Source: Geopsychrobacteraceae bacterium (GTDB taxonomy: Bacteria > Desulfobacterota > Desulfuromonadia > Desulfuromonadales > Geopsychrobacteraceae). Taken from it: a DNA stretch of 64,000 nt. Numbering within the stretch: the first letter of the stretch is position 1; each line of letters opens with the position of its first letter. The notes under the pieces were generated by a model. It did not search any database. It was not told where the DNA came from and worked only from the letters and a program-made list of their open reading frames with translations. Positions 61,059 through 64,000 of this stretch are shown here, in pieces. Made by a program: the position numbers and the translations under genes. The stretch is from the NCBI GenBank assembly GCA_963662315.1, contig OY759353.1, positions 4,288,001 to 4,352,000 of the forward strand. Reading direction: 5' to 3'.

Positions 61059-62345
61059 ATGGTCAATGGTCATCATGAAGTGCATTTGAATCTTAATGTA
61101 CGTGGCTTGCCGGTGTCAGCAACGCTGGGAATAAATGAAGAGAGTAATCGGTTGATTGCCGAAGGAAAACAGGTTTACAAGCTTGGATTGGGACAGTCGC
61201 CTTTCCCTGTACCTGGTCCGGTTGTCAAAGAATTGCAGAATAATGCTCACCAGAAGGATTATCTGCCCGTAAGGGGGCTTCCCGCTTTATGCGAAGCTGT
61301 CGCTCAATATTACCGCCGCACTCAGGATATTCCCATCGCAAAGGAGAATGTTCTGATTGGTCCAGGTTCCAAAGAGCTGATGTTTATTCTGCAGCTGGTA
61401 TATTATGGAGACTTGGTGATACCAACACCCAGTTGGGTCTCTTACGCTCCTCAAGCTCATATCGTCGGCCGGCATGTTTATTGGCTGGAGACAGAGGAAC
61501 AGAATAACTGGCTGCTGACTCCAGAAGAGCTGGAAAGCCTTTGTGCTAAAGATCCCAGCAAACCACGTATTGTTATTTTGAATTATCCGAACAATCCAAC
61601 CGGGTGTTCCTATTCTGCACAACAGCTGGAGGAATTGGCTGCTGTCGCACGAAAATACAAGGTGATTCTGCTCTCCGATGAAATTTATGGGGAACTTAAC
61701 TTTAAAGGCTGTCATCAGTCCATTGCCCGTTATTATCCGGAAGGAACCATTATCGCAAGTGGACTCAGCAAATGGGCGGGAGCTGGCGGTTGGAGACTTG
61801 GTACTTTTGCCTTCCCAGCTGAGTTGAAATGGCTGATGGAAGCTATGGCTGTTGTCGCCAGCGAAACTTTTACAGCAACAAGTGCTCCCATTCAGTATGC
61901 CGCCGTCAAAGCGTTTCAGGGGGGCGATCTGATTGAACGCTATCTGCATAATTCCAGGAGAATTCTCAGCACTCTGAGTGACTGGGTCTGGACCAAGCTC
62001 ACCGACGCCGGTGTTTCAGTCGCCCGACCTGACGGTGCATTTTATATGCTCCCTGATTTTGAACCGTTACGCGACCGTCTTGCAAGCCGTGGAATAACAG
62101 ATGGTGAAGCGTTGTGTAACCGCTTGTTACAGGAAACCGGCGTAGCCATATTACCTGGAAGCAGTTTTGGCCGTCCGCGTAAAGAATTAACAGCGCGGAT
62201 GGCATTCGTGGATTTTGATGGTGCCAGAGCTCTGGCCGCAGCAGAGCAGTATGCAGCGGATCAGCCACTGGGTGAAGAGTTTTTAAAGCTCTATTGTGAA
62301 CGTGTGCTGGTTGCTATTACACGGCTTTGTGAGTGGATAGGATAA
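61059..62345 (+). CDS. Class I/II PLP-dependent aminotransferase
   Basis: NYPNNPTG, LSDEIY, SGLSKWAGAGGWRLG; GAGGAG RBS. Confidence 0.92.
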   Translation: MVNGHHEVHLNLNVRGLPVSATLGINEESNRLIAEGKQVYKLGLGQSPFPVPGPVVKELQNNAHQKDYLPVRGLPALCEAVAQYYRRTQDIPIAKENVLIGPGSKELMFILQLVYYGDLVIPTPSWVSYAPQAHIVGRHVYWLETEEQNNWLLTPEELESLCAKDPSKPRIVILNYPNNPTGCSYSAQQLEELAAVARKYKVILLSDEIYGELNFKGCHQSIARYYPEGTIIASGLSKWAGAGGWRLGTFAFPAELKWLMEAMAVVASETFTATSAPIQYAAVKAFQGGDLIERYLHNSRRILSTLSDWVWTKLTDAGVSVARPDGAFYMLPDFEPLRDRLASRGITDGEALCNRLLQETGVAILPGSSFGRPRKELTARMAFVDFDGARALAAAEQYAADQPLGEEFLKLYCERVLVAITRLCEWIG

Positions 62346-62411
62346 CAGCAGTGTTTTGGGTGAAGAAGGTTGTGTGGTAAGAGGGGCTGAAGAACTCCCT
62401 GACGGGTGAGG

Positions 62412-63032
62412 TCAGGGAGTTCTTGTTTTTTTGGGCTCGGTTTTGATATCGCGAGTGATTTTCATCACGCCGGCAAGAGCGATGAACGCAAAAATGAAAC
62501 CGCGCCATTTGACGGGTTCTTTGCCTTCACTGATAAAGATGACATCGGGCTGAACCGCAATGTGCATGTCGGTCAAGAGTTGGATAAGTTTATCCCTGTT
62601 ACTGTTGGCAATCAGGCCACTGGTTATTAGGCCAGTCACCTCGCGCTGACCCAAAAAAAGCTCCTGGTTCTGGGCGCGGAATCGGCTGCGCTGCTCTTCT
62701 GTATCAAGTTGAAAATAATAGGTTTTGAGGGCATCGATGAGAGCTGGATCGCGGGTTTCGAACCAGACTTTTGCCTGTTGTTCCTGAGGCGAGGATTTGA
62801 GCGGCACCAGGAAACTGTTCAGTTCCATGGTCCCGCTCATATTAATTGCTTCCGTCAGGTTGACATAGCCTTCAGTGATATGAAGCCATTCTCTTTGAGG
62901 CCCGTCTGACTCAATGGCCTTGATGGTCATGTCCTTTGGAGACATATTGCGGCCGAACTGGGTGATGTCGGCATAGGCCAGCCAGGACAAAATCAGGCAG
63001 ATGGCAATCATGGTAAAACGAAAACGCTGCAT
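62412..63032 (-). CDS. Hypothetical protein with two TM segments
   Basis: 206-aa ORF with N- and C-terminal hydrophobic segments; fills the gap between genes. Confidence 0.65.
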   Translation of the reverse strand: MQRFRFTMIAICLILSWLAYADITQFGRNMSPKDMTIKAIESDGPQREWLHITEGYVNLTEAINMSGTMELNSFLVPLKSSPQEQQAKVWFETRDPALIDALKTYYFQLDTEEQRSRFRAQNQELFLGQREVTGLITSGLIANSNRDKLIQLLTDMHIAVQPDVIFISEGKEPVKWRGFIFAFIALAGVMKITRDIKTEPKKTRTP

Positions 63033-63176
63033 GTTGGACTCTTCAGTTGTGCCGTATGTTGATACGAGTTTATGTGGGCAAGTTCAGGCGCCAGCAGTGT
63101 TGCTGAGAAAAAAGTGGGCCGCAGCTGTCGCGGCCCAGAGTATTGCAGATTCGCTTGTGGATTTCAAGGGATCACG

Positions 63177-64000
63177 TCAGGCGGTTTCTCCTGCCGCGTT
63201 AATTGCCTCTTCACCTTTTTGTGAAAGCAGGGAAACGATCACCAGGGCTACAAAAGATAATGGAATGGATATCAGTGCGGGGCTGTTGAACTGTACCGGA
63301 GCATCGCCGGGCAGTAGACCGTAACGAACCCACATGTCTGGAGATACGAGAATCAGCCCCAGGGAGCTGGCCAGACCGACAAAAATTGAGGCCGCAACTC
63401 CTTTGGCTGTTGTTTTCTCCCAGAACAACAGCATCAGTATAGCAGGCAGGTTTGCTGATGCTGCGACGGCAAAGGCCCAGCCAACCAGGAAGGAAACGTT
63501 CATACCTTCAAAGACGATACCCAGGTAGATAGCGATCCCGCCGATTATGATGGCGGAAATCTTACCAGCTCTGACCTTGGCATGGTCACTCATCTGCATA
63601 CCCAGGAAATTATCCATCAGGTCATGAGCAATGGCTCCCGATGCTGCGACAATCAGGCCAGATACTGTTCCCAAGACGGTGGCAAATGCCAGCGAAGAAA
63701 TAACGGCAAACAATATGACACCGAAGGACAGAGCCAGCAGTGGTGCAGACATATTGTTGTCGGTGATATTGATAACCCCGTTGGTCATAGCCCCCATGCC
63801 GAGGAACAGGGTGAGGATATAGAAGAAGCCAATGGCTGCAATAGCGACGATAGTCGATTTACGTGCCGCTGCTTGGCTGGGAACCGTATAGTAACGAATC
63901 AGGATATGGGGCAGCGCTGCCGTTCCGCAGAACAATGCCAGCATCAGGCTCATGAAATTGAACTTTTGCAAGCCGGTAGCATTGTCGACCTTGAATTTGA
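63177..64000 (-). CDS. actP: Cation/acetate symporter (SSS family), 5' part beyond window end
   Basis: LFCGTAALPHILIRYYTVP, AFATVLGTVSGL, NVSFLVGWAFAVAASANLP; frame is open to 64000. Confidence 0.85.
   Translation of the reverse strand, partial: KFKVDNATGLQKFNFMSLMLALFCGTAALPHILIRYYTVPSQAAARKSTIVAIAAIGFFYILTLFLGMGAMTNGVINITDNNMSAPLLALSFGVILFAVISSLAFATVLGTVSGLIVAASGAIAHDLMDNFLGMQMSDHAKVRAGKISAIIIGGIAIYLGIVFEGMNVSFLVGWAFAVAASANLPAILMLLFWEKTTAKGVAASIFVGLASSLGLILVSPDMWVRYGLLPGDAPVQFNSPALISIPLSFVALVIVSLLSQKGEEAINAAGETA

Overview
Bacterial chromosomal window. Gene content and order (cdaA-cdaR-glmM-pdxJ-acpS block, GEMM riboswitch, PEP-CTERM proteins, sigma54 sites) point to a Desulfuromonadales/Geobacter-related deltaproteobacterium; this is an inference. 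The left half (1-32 kb) is accessory: HDOD-GAF protein, YegD-type Hsp70, orphan histidine kinase, bluB, PilZ protein, and back-to-back c-di-GMP-I and cobalamin riboswitches (controlling a secreted DsrE-like gene and cbiK). It also holds a stand-alone trpR-trpE-trpG module with a canonical TrpR operator next to the trpR start, flanked by two PEP-CTERM genes with sigma54-type promoters. Then come a TetR-RND efflux operon, MFS and VUT transporters, a 24-bp-arm palindrome beside a decayed acetolactate-synthase-like fragment, radical SAM, reverse rubrerythrin and alkaline phosphatase-YibE/F. The right half (32-64 kb) is core housekeeping: trpG-D-C-F-B-(DEAD helicase)-trpA-accD-folC-lptD-ftsB-argS-SPOR, two tRNA-Met, tilS-ftsH-folP-cdaA-cdaR-glmM-pdxJ-acpS-nnr-CBS-tsaE, lysC, cimA, a small Zn-ribbon gene, an aminotransferase and a partial actP. 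No CRISPR array, integrase or transposase was seen. Best leads: the leaderless TrpR-autoregulated anthranilate synthase cassette detached from a trpE-less trp operon, the c-di-GMP-riboswitch-controlled secreted DsrE protein, and a uORF/terminator leader on the efflux operon.
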